Shown piece by piece: positions 8,452-17,288 of a stretch of DNA of 64,000 bases. Where the stretch lies: positions 1,952,001 to 2,016,000 of the forward strand of contig CP181291.1 of the NCBI GenBank assembly GCA_052279835.1, in the 5' to 3' direction. The notes under the pieces are model-generated. The model searched no databases, was not told the DNA's origin, and was given only the letters and a program-made list of their open reading frames with translations. Position 1 is the stretch's first letter. Every line of letters begins with the position of its first letter. Both the position numbers and the translations under genes were made by a program. The DNA is from Microcoleus sp. Its GTDB lineage: Bacteria; Cyanobacteriota; Cyanobacteriia; Cyanobacteriales; Microcoleaceae.

Positions 8452-10506
8452 TTACATAGCTTTAGTTTCCGGCATCAAACACTTATCAGAATCGCAGCCC
8501 GCTGGTCCAGAGTCCATCATTTCACCCAAGTCATAGCGACTGAGTGCAACCTCAAAAACATCTATTTGACGACGGACTAAAACGTCTTTCTGCATCGTCT
8601 CGTAAGTTTCCTTTTTTATCGGTTCAAAGGGTAAACGTGGGAAAGTCTCTAGGGCATCAAAGCGAGACAAAAGTGCGGCGGAAATGTAGCCTTCGTCATC
8701 GCGAATCGCTTCGTAAATCCGTGTTCCCAAACTTTCAATTTCATTTTCTCGCAACTCAATAGTCGCGCTGGTGTTGTGTCGCACGTAGAACTTTTGGACT
8801 TGCATATAAAAGTCCATCTGTGCTGCGGCTGAGAATTTGTTGATGTCAATTTCATCAGCACCGGGTAAATCTGCCCAACTGACAGCAACTGGTATTTCTA
8901 CTAGCCATTCTGTACAGCGTTCATCGAAGGGGTTGTTTAGCAAATTGCCGTTTTCATCTTTGTCAGATTGGGACGGAATTACGTTGTATCCGTAGTCGAT
9001 GCAGGCGAGGGCTACAGGGTCGTTTTTGCCGAAAGTGATGCGGCGAATGAAACGTTGGGCTTTGGGGGGATGCCAGCCTGGGGAAGCACCTGTCAGCAGC
9101 GATTTTGTTCCCGATGGTTGGACGGTGGTGCAGCGATTTGGGCGTTTTAATGAATGGCGATCGCAATAATCCCATACTACCCCATTCACAATTTCCCGCC
9201 AACCAGTCAAATACTCTTCTTCTCGTTGTTTAAACGCCATTCCCTGGTCAGTTTGCGGGCGGCCTTCCACCCACCAGCGCAACCACTCAACGCCAAAAGC
9301 ATGAACGAAGAAGTCGAATAATCCGGTGAAAGATACGCCGACAATCGGGTCTAATTCGCGGCTGTATTGATAGCGCGGTTCGCTAAATTTGTGATTGAGA
9401 AGTACGGCGACAGATAAACCTGCGGCGGTGAAAGCTTCTTCTTGTTCTTTGAAGTTGTAAGGGTCAATTTGATTGAGGTGAACCTCAGAAAGATTACAGT
9501 TTCCAGTTAGGGTATTGCCGAAAACTCCCTTATGAAACTCTGGTTCATTGAAACAGTAAGTATCATGCAATCCTGGTAATTCTTCGACACTTCTGACAAC
9601 TTGCCATTTACCTTTGCCTTTAGCCTTCGTCCCTTTGCTCACATCTAACCGCTGACAAGGAATTTCACCACAGTCAGTAATTTGCAAGTAATACAAATCC
9701 CGACTTCGGACGCCGTAATTAGTAACTGCTCCTTGATGAGCACAAAGATTTAGCGATGAGCGAATACCACATTTTGTCAAAAGTAGCTGAACTCTAAAAG
9801 CGCGATCGCGGTCAGAAATATAAATTCTGATACCATTACTATGGGTATTCGATCCGTCCGTATCGGCTAATCCAGCAATAAAATGTAAAATTGCTTGCCG
9901 ATTCCAGCTAGCAATTACATTTAGTGCTTCTGGGTTAACTTTCAAACTTTTCAGAAATTCTCCAGAAAAGCTCAAGTTAGTTACATCTGTAAAAACAGGT
10001 AAATAGTCATAGTTTCTTTCATGCGACTTATTTCCTGCTACTGACAATGCCATTTTGCCTTCGTAAAGTCGAACTTTTGCATTGTCATTTTTGTCTGTAG
10101 TTCCATCTCCTACAGCCACACCCAAAGTGTAAGCATAACTTGCATCGATATTCATGCCATCTTCATACTGAATTGTAAAAGGTTCAGTATGAATGCTATA
10201 TCGACTTGTATCCATCAAGTCTTTGGTTTGGACTTCTTGGTAAACTTTACCAAAGCGGTCTTTGACAAAGAAACGATGATATTCTGTGGCATCCAGATAA
10301 GTACCATCAGCAAACTTTACACGATAAAGTTTGCGTCGCCCAACCTTGGTATCGCTCGCTGTCTGAAATGGTGTGACAGAGCTCCATCTTTGACCATTCC
10401 AAATTTCTATTTCACTTCCAACAACGTCCTTTATTTTATGCAGTCCGTCTTTCGTAATTAACAGAGTCTCCCCACTGACACAGTGAAAATTAGAGCCGAT
10501 GATTTC
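8452..10506 (-). CDS. nrdJ: Class II (AdoCbl-dependent) ribonucleotide reductase, exon 2 (contains intein)
   Basis: Open frame from GAA at 10506: EIIGSNFH-[intein]-CNLSEVHLNQ...TTVQPSGTKSLL...GPAGCDSDKC. Confidence 0.93.
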   Translation of the reverse strand, partial: EIIGSNFHCVSGETLLITKDGLHKIKDVVGSEIEIWNGQRWSSVTPFQTASDTKVGRRKLYRVKFADGTYLDATEYHRFFVKDRFGKVYQEVQTKDLMDTSRYSIHTEPFTIQYEDGMNIDASYAYTLGVAVGDGTTDKNDNAKVRLYEGKMALSVAGNKSHERNYDYLPVFTDVTNLSFSGEFLKSLKVNPEALNVIASWNRQAILHFIAGLADTDGSNTHSNGIRIYISDRDRAFRVQLLLTKCGIRSSLNLCAHQGAVTNYGVRSRDLYYLQITDCGEIPCQRLDVSKGTKAKGKGKWQVVRSVEELPGLHDTYCFNEPEFHKGVFGNTLTGNCNLSEVHLNQIDPYNFKEQEEAFTAAGLSVAVLLNHKFSEPRYQYSRELDPIVGVSFTGLFDFFVHAFGVEWLRWWVEGRPQTDQGMAFKQREEEYLTGWREIVNGVVWDYCDRHSLKRPNRCTTVQPSGTKSLLTGASPGWHPPKAQRFIRRITFGKNDPVALACIDYGYNVIPSQSDKDENGNLLNNPFDERCTEWLVEIPVAVSWADLPGADEIDINKFSAAAQMDFYMQVQKFYVRHNTSATIELRENEIESLGTRIYEAIRDDEGYISAALLSRFDALETFPRLPFEPIKKETYETMQKDVLVRRQIDVFEVALSRYDLGEMMDSGPAGCDSDKCLMPETKAM
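9499..10482 (-). mobile_element. Intein (328 aa) with LAGLIDADG homing endonuclease
   Basis: Starts CVSGETLLITKDG; block B ATEYHRF; LAGLIDADG motifs YTLGVAVGDG and FIAGLADTDG; ends GVFGNTLTGN followed by Cys+1. Confidence 0.93.
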
Positions 10507-10759
10507 CAGTTTTGTTATCCTAAAGGCTTTTTATCCTCTAGTTCTACAGATTCCATTTTACCTGTAGCTCGGCGTACTTTTTCATTTACTTTAGTTGTAA
10601 ATGCCCCGCACTCTTGCCAGGATTATGTTCTTCAATTAAGAAGGTTCACCTGGTACGCTCTACGGTGGTAAAGGATTTTTAATTCCCTTACTTACCTCGG
10701 AATTAACATCTCAGTTTTCTCCGATTTTGCGAGGTTTTTAACGTGAGGCAAAATTACTT
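10507..10759 (-). ncRNA. Group I intron, 253 nt, no ORF
   Basis: Removal restores NPCG|EIIG in frame; exon ends in U and intron ends in G; P1, P3, P7, P8 and P9 pairings are visible. Confidence 0.92.
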
Positions 10760-11998
10760 ACCACACGGGTTTAAGCCCAAACGGACTGACCGATGCTCTA
10801 ATTCTTCCGCAGTCATGTCAGGATAACGTTCCTGCAACCACTGTTTAGCTTTTCCTTCGTCGTAGGCTTTCAAGAACTCAATTTTAAGACTAGGTGTTGA
10901 AAGTAAATCAACGTTAGCTCTAGCTACAGCTTCACCAGCCCATTGAATCGCGCCTTCTCCGCTATAATACTGTTTGCGAACAGCATCAATACATTCTTCT
11001 AATGTCGGTTTGGCATGGAAAACACGGGTATGGTTTGCCATGCGAAGGGCATCGCGTTCTGGATCAATTTTCCAGTTGCCATTTTCATCTTGTTGCCACA
11101 GGTTATTTTTAGCATTGGCTCCCAGTTCGTCATCAAAAGCAAACTGACGAATTCCCGCGCTGCGCCTAATATTGCCAGCAACAATTGTCACCGCAGCTTC
11201 ATCAATCAACACGCAGCATTCAACTGAATTTAACTGCCGCCCTAAAGCTTTATTCAAAATAGCCGAGCAACGTTGATAAAGGTCAGGCAGTTTCACCGGA
11301 TTTGCGACTCCGCCAAAACCTTTTAAAGGCTCTCCCACCGGGCGAACGTCGCTCAAATCTATGTAAACTTGAACTTCGCCTGCAAATCTTTCATCTGTGG
11401 ATAATTCCAGTAAAGCTTGATAGGATTTTACCCAACCTTGGCGGGAGTCTCCGACATAAATTGTTGCTGTTTTTTCTGCTATTTTTACTTCGGTTGCTTG
11501 GCGACGCGACTGGGTGGGTGTAGAGCCGATTTCGCCTTGCATTGTCACGGTTAAGCGGTTGCTAATCGGTGGCAATTGGTTGATATATTTGGGTTCTAAA
11601 ACTGCACCGGTGCCGCAGCCCATCATCGCCAAATCCATCAATAAGCCAAAGGCCCGCCAGTCTAGAATATTGGTTGAGGAACAATTATAGGCGCCGGAAA
11701 AATTCTCTGGTTGCTCGATCCATTTGCTACCACCCACCCACAGCCAGCGCCCGGAAGCGAGGGTTTTGAGCTCGTTTTGCATCCGGTGTAGGAGTTGTGT
11801 TTCTTCGGAGGTGAGGTTTCCGAGCTTTTGGAGACCTTTGACGGTTCGATCGCACACATCGGCCCAAGTTTCCCTTCCCGTGTCGGTACGGCGGCTGTAC
11901 GTCCTGAAAAATACTGGATTGGCTGCGGGTGCTGTTTCGGGGAAATCGGACAGGTGGCGTTTCTCGCGGGCACTCGATCGCTCTAATTCTCGAACCAT
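10760..11998 (-). CDS. nrdJ: Class II ribonucleotide reductase, exon 1
   Basis: APAANPVFFRTYSR, SGRWLWVG, AYNC, MMGCGTG, GNIRRSA, RMANHT, GLNPCG. Confidence 0.93.
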
Positions 11999-12093
11999 AG
12001 GTTGTGTACTGACGTGTCGGAATATATCAACAGACTATGAATATACAACAGGATTCAGATTTAGAGTTAAAGCTTGACAAATTTCATATTTTG

Positions 12094-12107
12094 CACTATA
12101 TATGGTG
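12094..12107. promoter_or_regulatory. Candidate NrdR box
   Basis: CACTATATATGGTG about 95 bp upstream of nrdJ resembles the NrdR consensus acaCwAtATaTwGtg; a weaker copy CCATAAATCTGGTG lies near 12188. Confidence 0.55.
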
Positions 12108-12206
12108 GACGATTCCATACCAGCAAACTGTGGCGATCGACTAAAAACTTCAGCAAAAAACCCGGTTTTTAGCAAAAACCGGGTTGACCATAAATCTGGT
12201 GCATTG

Positions 12207-12494
12207 TCAAGTGTTTGTCAATAAAAACTCAACATTTGGCAGTAGGGGGTCTTGAACAATTCCTACACCCTGAAATCCCCAACGTTCCAGCAGTTGTTTG
12301 ATGTCTTGACCAGAAATTGACTCGACCCCGAAGCGATTGGCAACATCGGCTGCATGATTGTTCAGGTAGCTCAAAGCGTCATAGTCTTCGCGGAAAATCA
12401 GCAGAAAATTCGCGACTGTATCAGGGTTGGGACAAGCGCTGAGATATTTGCCATCAGCACGGGAACGCAACAGGTAAAAAATTTGAGATAACAT
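12207..12494 (-). CDS. Conserved cyanobacterial hypothetical protein
   Basis: 95-aa ATG-started ORF with ordinary globular composition. Confidence 0.75.
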   Translation of the reverse strand: MLSQIFYLLRSRADGKYLSACPNPDTVANFLLIFREDYDALSYLNNHAADVANRFGVESISGQDIKQLLERWGFQGVGIVQDPLLPNVEFLLTNT

Positions 12495-12529
12495 CTTATC
12501 TTTATTTGCGAAAATAATAGATTAACTCA

Positions 12530-12633
12530 AATTGGGAATTGGGAATTGGGAATTGGGAGTTGGGAATTGGGAATTGGGAATTGGGAATTGGGAATTGGGA
12601 ATTGGGAATTGGGAATTGGGAATTGGGAATTGG
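12530..12633. repeat. STRR heptamer array (GGGAATT)n
   Basis: About 14 direct copies. Confidence 0.95.
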
Positions 12634-12670
12634 GCCCAAAAGCGAAGCTGAGGGATTGGGCATTCTCTTC

Positions 12671-12902
12671 CTTCCTCCTGAATTTCCCCCCTTGGGGGGG
12701 GCAGGGGGGGGTGACTTCTTCCTGATTCCTTCCTCCTGAATTTCCCCCCTTGGGGGGGGGCAGGGGGGGGTGACTTCTTCCTGATTCCTTCCTCCTGAAT
12801 TTCCCCCCTTGGGGGGGGGCAGGGGGGGGTGACTTCTTCCTGATTCCTTCCTCCTGAATTTCCCCCCTTGGGGGGGGGCAGGGGGGGGTGACTTCTTCCT
12901 TC
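12671..12902. repeat. 4 x 58-59-bp G/C-run tandem repeat
   Basis: CCTCCTGAATTTCCCCCCTTG(8-9)CAG8TGACTTCTT; related copies near 24410-24590 and 36400-36540. Confidence 0.9.
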
Positions 12903-12911
12903 TTCCCCAAT

Positions 12912-15074
12912 TTAAATCAAAGTTAGCGCCAAACCTTTCACTGGGCGGCCGTCGCCAATTTGACCGACAATGGAAGCTTGACCGGTCGTCAAATTAATAT
13001 TGTACAAGCTAGAAACTCCGCCCACATCGATCGCAGCCACAGCTTTCTCATTACCGCCGACACTCCTAATATCAAAGCCGAGGACATTAGAAGCGTTAAT
13101 TCCCAAAGATCCGATCGTATTTAACACTCCGTTATTCGGCGGATCTTGCCTCACCAAAACGTCTGAATTGCTGTCAATAACAAACAGCGTTGTCGAAGTT
13201 GCGCCCGCAAAGTTGTTCGTGTACGCAGCCCCCACACCTGCTGGAGAATTGCCAAAATTGCGATCGCCCGCCCGGTAAGCCAAATTCCCATCGAGTTGAA
13301 TTCCGCCCGTCAGCGTGTCAGCATCGACTATTGCGCCTGTATCCGGGTTGAGGCGGGCGTTTTGTCCGGCTTGATTGACAAACCGAATTCGATCGACTGT
13401 GGGATTGAAATCGAAACCCGCAGCCCCCGGAGTCAGCCCGACAGCAAACTGTCCTGTACCGACTTGACTTGCAGCCCCTGTCACCGGGTCGATCGCGTAC
13501 AATCGATTGCTAGAACCCAAACCGTAAAGCAAACCGTTAGCAGGGCGAAAATCTATTCCCACCAAACTTTCTCCACTCTGCAAACCGGTGATTGCGACAT
13601 CGCTGAGTAAAGTACGGGGTGCAGCCTCGTTAAAACCGACAATTCTGTCTCCACCATTGGTGGTAGTTAAGGCATAAGCTGTAGGCAAAGGCAAAGCCAA
13701 ACCGTTAATCTGTCTCCCGTCGGCAATTTGACTGACAAAGGAAGCTTGACCGGTACTTAAATTGATGTTGTACAAGCCAGAAACGCCGCCAACTTCTAGC
13801 GCCGCCACTGCAACATCGCGGCCGCCAAAACTTCTAATATCAAAGCCGAGAATGCTAGTTGCATCAACTCCCAAAGATCCGATCGTATTTAACACTCCAT
13901 TATTGGGCGGATCTTGTCTTACCAAAACGTCTGAATTGCTGTCGATTACAAACAGCGTTGTCGAAGTTGCGCCCGCAAAATTGTTAGTATATGCAGCAGC
14001 CGCCGCCCCTGGAGTTGACCCAAAATTGCGATCGCCCGCCCGGTAAGCCAAATTCCCGTCGAGTTGAATTCCGCCCGCCAGTGTGTCAGCATCGACTATT
14101 GCGCCTGTATCGGGGTTGAGGCGGGCGTTTTGACCGGCTTGATTGACCAACCGAAGGCGATCGACTGTGGGATTGAAATCCAAACCCGCAGCCCCCGGAG
14201 TCACCCCAACAGCAAATTGTCCTGTACCAACTTGACTTGCTTCTCCGGTTTTCGGATTAACAGTATACAAGCGATTGCTGCTACCTAAACCGTAAAGTAC
14301 GCCGTTAGCCGGTCGATAATCAATGGATAGCAAATTTTCTCCCTGCTGCAATCCAGTCACAGGTAAATCTGTGATGACACTTTGCGGGTTGGCAAGGCTA
14401 AAACCGACAATCCGATTAGCGGGAGTTAAAGCATAAGCTGTTGTCAGCCCTACGGGCAAAGGAGCGGGAACAATGGCGCTAATATTAGTAGTGAAGTCGC
14501 TTTGGTCGATCGCGTTTCGACTCACACCTTTGAGGGTAGCGAGAAATTCTCCAGTTACCCGGTCTTGAATAACAGTATCGTTTCCAGCTTCGATAATATT
14601 CAAGTCGCCAAAACTGAGTCCTCCCGCCAAACCGATTAAATCTGTACCGTTAGCAAAATCTGCGATCGCGTCAGCATTTCCCAAACTCACACCGCCGCTG
14701 GTACGGAAAGGATCGGCATTAGCATAGCGACTCAAAACAAATACATCAGCCCCATCTTGGCCTACCAAAACATCAGCATCTCGATCGCCAGACAACACAT
14801 CATTGCCAGAGTTACCAGAGATAGAATCGCTACCCTTTCCTCCAAATAAAAAGTCGCTATCTTCGCCGCCGTTAACAGTGTCGCTACCTAAATCCCCAAA
14901 GAGCGAATCTCTGCCGGAATTCCCATCAATTGAATCCCCTTCTTTGCCGCCAAAAATGCTGTCATTACCAGAATTTCCAGCGATCGCATCACTGCCCATC
15001 CTACCAAAAATCAAATCCTCTTCTGGAGTTCCTGCGAGTGTGTCTGCTTGTGCAGTACCTCTAATTTCTGCCAT
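12912..15074 (-). CDS. Surface/secreted protein: RTX-type Ca-binding repeats plus two DUF4394-like domains
   Basis: GNSGNDSIFGG-type nonamers; duplicated IDxRPANG..YGLGS / DFNPTVDR / AYTNNFAGA / QDPPNNG. Confidence 0.85.
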   Translation of the reverse strand: MAEIRGTAQADTLAGTPEEDLIFGRMGSDAIAGNSGNDSIFGGKEGDSIDGNSGRDSLFGDLGSDTVNGGEDSDFLFGGKGSDSISGNSGNDVLSGDRDADVLVGQDGADVFVLSRYANADPFRTSGGVSLGNADAIADFANGTDLIGLAGGLSFGDLNIIEAGNDTVIQDRVTGEFLATLKGVSRNAIDQSDFTTNISAIVPAPLPVGLTTAYALTPANRIVGFSLANPQSVITDLPVTGLQQGENLLSIDYRPANGVLYGLGSSNRLYTVNPKTGEASQVGTGQFAVGVTPGAAGLDFNPTVDRLRLVNQAGQNARLNPDTGAIVDADTLAGGIQLDGNLAYRAGDRNFGSTPGAAAAAYTNNFAGATSTTLFVIDSNSDVLVRQDPPNNGVLNTIGSLGVDATSILGFDIRSFGGRDVAVAALEVGGVSGLYNINLSTGQASFVSQIADGRQINGLALPLPTAYALTTTNGGDRIVGFNEAAPRTLLSDVAITGLQSGESLVGIDFRPANGLLYGLGSSNRLYAIDPVTGAASQVGTGQFAVGLTPGAAGFDFNPTVDRIRFVNQAGQNARLNPDTGAIVDADTLTGGIQLDGNLAYRAGDRNFGNSPAGVGAAYTNNFAGATSTTLFVIDSNSDVLVRQDPPNNGVLNTIGSLGINASNVLGFDIRSVGGNEKAVAAIDVGGVSSLYNINLTTGQASIVGQIGDGRPVKGLALTLI

Positions 15075-15222
15075 GATTCAATCCCCCTATAAGTTTGATA
15101 TTTCCGCCACCTTTAGGCAACGGGGTTTTCAGTACATATAGTAATACGCTAAATCTCTAATTTTGGATCTTTCTTTAGTTGAACAAAATCAATTTGATTT
15201 AATTGTTGAGGATTAAGACCCA

Positions 15223-15289
15223 AGAAACCGGGTTTTTGGCCGAATCTGCTCGACACAACGAAATATTCAAGGGAAAAACCCGGTTTCTG
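15223..15289. repeat. Solitary copy of the AGAAACCGGGTTTTT...AAAAACCCGGTTTCT palindrome
   Basis: Same arms as the tandem-array unit, with a different interior. Confidence 0.85.
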
Positions 15290-15312
15290 ACTACCCATGT
15301 CTAAGCCCTAAA

Positions 15313-15465
15313 TCTCTAGTCTCGAAAGGAAGCTGCTTCCTGATTAACATAAAGTCGTCCGAGAACATATTTAAACTATCAAAAAAAGTTTGCCAAGGAT
15401 TTTATTTGGAGATTAGGACAAGAAGATCTCCTGTTTTTTTGACATACACTTCATTCGCTGAAAAA
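15313..15465 (-). pseudogene. Fragment of a vapB-like antitoxin gene, near-copy of 16752-16904
   Basis: Translates NEVYVKKTGDLLVLISK*NPW versus NEVYVKKIGDVLVLISKENPW in vapB. Confidence 0.8.
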
Positions 15466-15525
15466 CCTATATACTTAAAATACCACAAATATCCAAGATA
15501 CTAAACACAACGAGTCAGTAAAGCT

Positions 15526-15942
15526 ATGTCTGCTAAAGATGCCTTTCACGAAGTCGTTAAAACTGCTCTCCAGAAAGATGGATGGCAGATTACTCACGAT
15601 CCATACACTTTACAGGCAGGAACTCTAGAACTTTACATCGACTTGGGTGCCGAAAAGGTAGTTGCGGCCGAAAAAGATGGACAAAAAATCGCCGTTGAAA
15701 TCAAAAGCTTTATTGGCCCATCCAAAATCTCCCAATTTTACACAGCTTTAGGGCAATTTATTAGTTATCGAGCAGCTTTACAAAAACAAGAAATTGACCG
15801 CGTTTTATACCTCGCAGTACCTAGCAATGTCTACGATAGCTTTTTCACAATGGGGTTTATTCAGTCTTTAGTTCAACAGAATCAAATTCATTTAATCGTT
15901 TATGATATAGAACAGGAGGCGATTGCACAATGGCAAATGTAG
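15526..15942 (+). CDS. xisH: XisH family protein
   Basis: MSAKDAFHEVVKTALQKDGWQITHDP, IDLGAEK, IAVEIKSF, ALGQF. Confidence 0.93.
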   Translation: MSAKDAFHEVVKTALQKDGWQITHDPYTLQAGTLELYIDLGAEKVVAAEKDGQKIAVEIKSFIGPSKISQFYTALGQFISYRAALQKQEIDRVLYLAVPSNVYDSFFTMGFIQSLVQQNQIHLIVYDIEQEAIAQWQM

Positions 15943-16262
15943 AGCTTTATCGGCAACATATCCAAAATCTGCTCTCCCAACACGCTAGTCTGGTGTGGGA
16001 TGAGCGGATTCAGGCTCAAACTATCTTTGATATCGATCGCGACCATTATCAATTAGTATATGTGGGCTGGCGCAATCAGCAGCGAATTTATGGCCCGGTT
16101 TTGCACCTAGATATTATGGACAATAAAATCTGGATTCAGCAGGATGGTACCGAGGTGGGTATTGCTAACGAACTGGTTGAATTGGGAGTTCCCAAAGAAG
16201 ATATTGTACTTGGGTTTGACCCGCCGATTATGCGAAAATTGAGTGAATTTGCGATCGGATAA
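15930..16262 (+). CDS. xisI: XisI family protein
   Basis: DHYQL..VGW, HLDI...KIWIQQDGTEVGIANELVELGVPKEDIVLGF; overlaps the xisH stop. Confidence 0.93.
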   Translation: MANVELYRQHIQNLLSQHASLVWDERIQAQTIFDIDRDHYQLVYVGWRNQQRIYGPVLHLDIMDNKIWIQQDGTEVGIANELVELGVPKEDIVLGFDPPIMRKLSEFAIG

Positions 16263-16340
16263 ATTTTAGGTTTTTTTCTATTTAATTATCGCCCGAATGC
16301 TTCTCCCTTGTGGTTTGCGCCGCAACGCAAAATGCGATCG

Positions 16341-16742
16341 TTAATCAACCCAATTTTCTAAGGTTAATCCTGGGATACGCGACAATTCTCTCACATTATT
16401 CGTCACGAGTGTCAGCCCCAAACTGATTGCTTGGGATGCTATCAGCAAATCCATTGGGCCTACGACAATACCTTGACGTTCTAATCCTGCTCTAATTTGT
16501 CCATAAGTTTGGGTGCTTCTTTCATCAAAAGGAACTACTGGTAAGGTTATTAAAAACTGAATGAGTGCAGCCCGATTTTGCTCTTGACGCTGACTTTTGT
16601 AAACTCCATACTCAAGTTCGGCGATAGTAACAGATGAAATGCCAATATCAAAAATTTCAAGGGTTTGGAATTTCTCGAATACTTTTTGTGGTTTGCGCTT
16701 GATGATGTATATGCAGATATTAGTATCTAGTAAAAATCTCAT
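16341..16742 (-). CDS. vapC: PIN-domain toxin
   Basis: LLDTNICIYII, AELEYG, DLLIASQA, LVTNNVRE. Confidence 0.93.
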   Translation of the reverse strand: MRFLLDTNICIYIIKRKPQKVFEKFQTLEIFDIGISSVTIAELEYGVYKSQRQEQNRAALIQFLITLPVVPFDERSTQTYGQIRAGLERQGIVVGPMDLLIASQAISLGLTLVTNNVRELSRIPGLTLENWVD

Positions 16743-16969
16743 TCAAAAGCCTCTCTCGTCTCCAAAGGAAGCTGCTCTCTGACTAGCATAAAGTCGTCCG
16801 AGAACATATTCAAACTATCAAAAAAAGTTTTCCAAGGATTTTCTTTGGAGATTAGGACAAGAACATCTCCTATTTTTTTGACATACACTTCATTTCCTGC
16901 AAAATGAAATTCTTTAGGTAATATGACTGTCTGATAGTCATCAGCGAGCGATAATTTAGCCGTATTCAT
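16739..16969 (-). CDS. vapB: AbrB-type antitoxin
   Basis: QTVILPKEFHF..NEVYVKK.G; ATGA overlap with vapC. Confidence 0.88.
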   Translation of the reverse strand: MNTAKLSLADDYQTVILPKEFHFAGNEVYVKKIGDVLVLISKENPWKTFFDSLNMFSDDFMLVREQLPLETREAFE

Positions 16970-17162
16970 TGTTTTGCCTCCAGAGTGATTTAAATTATAC
17001 TTTAAATTGACTCTCCGCTTGTTCCAACTATATTGTAGCAGAGGAGAGTAGGTTTAGATTCGTTTCAGGTTTTTTCTATTTGATTGTCGCATGAATGCGA
17101 TGATGTAGATGCAGATCAAGGGTAAACCCACAGTCCGGCAAGGGTTGAAACCGAGCCTCACA

Positions 17163-17225
17163 AAGCGAAAGTCCTCTTTAGAGGACTAATTAATTCTTTA
17201 GTCCTCTTCAGAGGACTTTCGCTAT
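17163..17225. repeat. REP-like nested palindrome
   Basis: GCGAAAGTCCTCTTTAGAGGACT...AGTCCTCTTCAGAGGACTTTCGC. Confidence 0.75.
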
Positions 17226-17288
17226 TAGACAGGGAATTGATTCCCTGTCGGACTGTCGGACTTAGTGGAGTGACAGCCTTGGTGATGA

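Noticed and set aside
10507..10759. Group II intron or cobalamin riboswitch
   Set aside because: No GUGYG start, domain V or AY end, and no B12 box; the U|...G| boundaries and P3/P7 pairings fit group I
8452..11998. nrdJ as a pseudogene or two separate genes
   Set aside because: The gap is a group I intron whose removal restores the frame and the NPCGE motif
12527..12910. ORFs with PIPNSQF / GIGNWEL repeats (also 12539-12739, 41253-41444, the 5' extension of 40861-41430, and 36231-36530)
   Set aside because: Translations of STRR and G-run repeats
15526..16262. Excisable fdxN-type element
   Set aside because: No XisF-like recombinase or interrupted host gene nearby; standalone xisHI pairs are common in cyanobacteria
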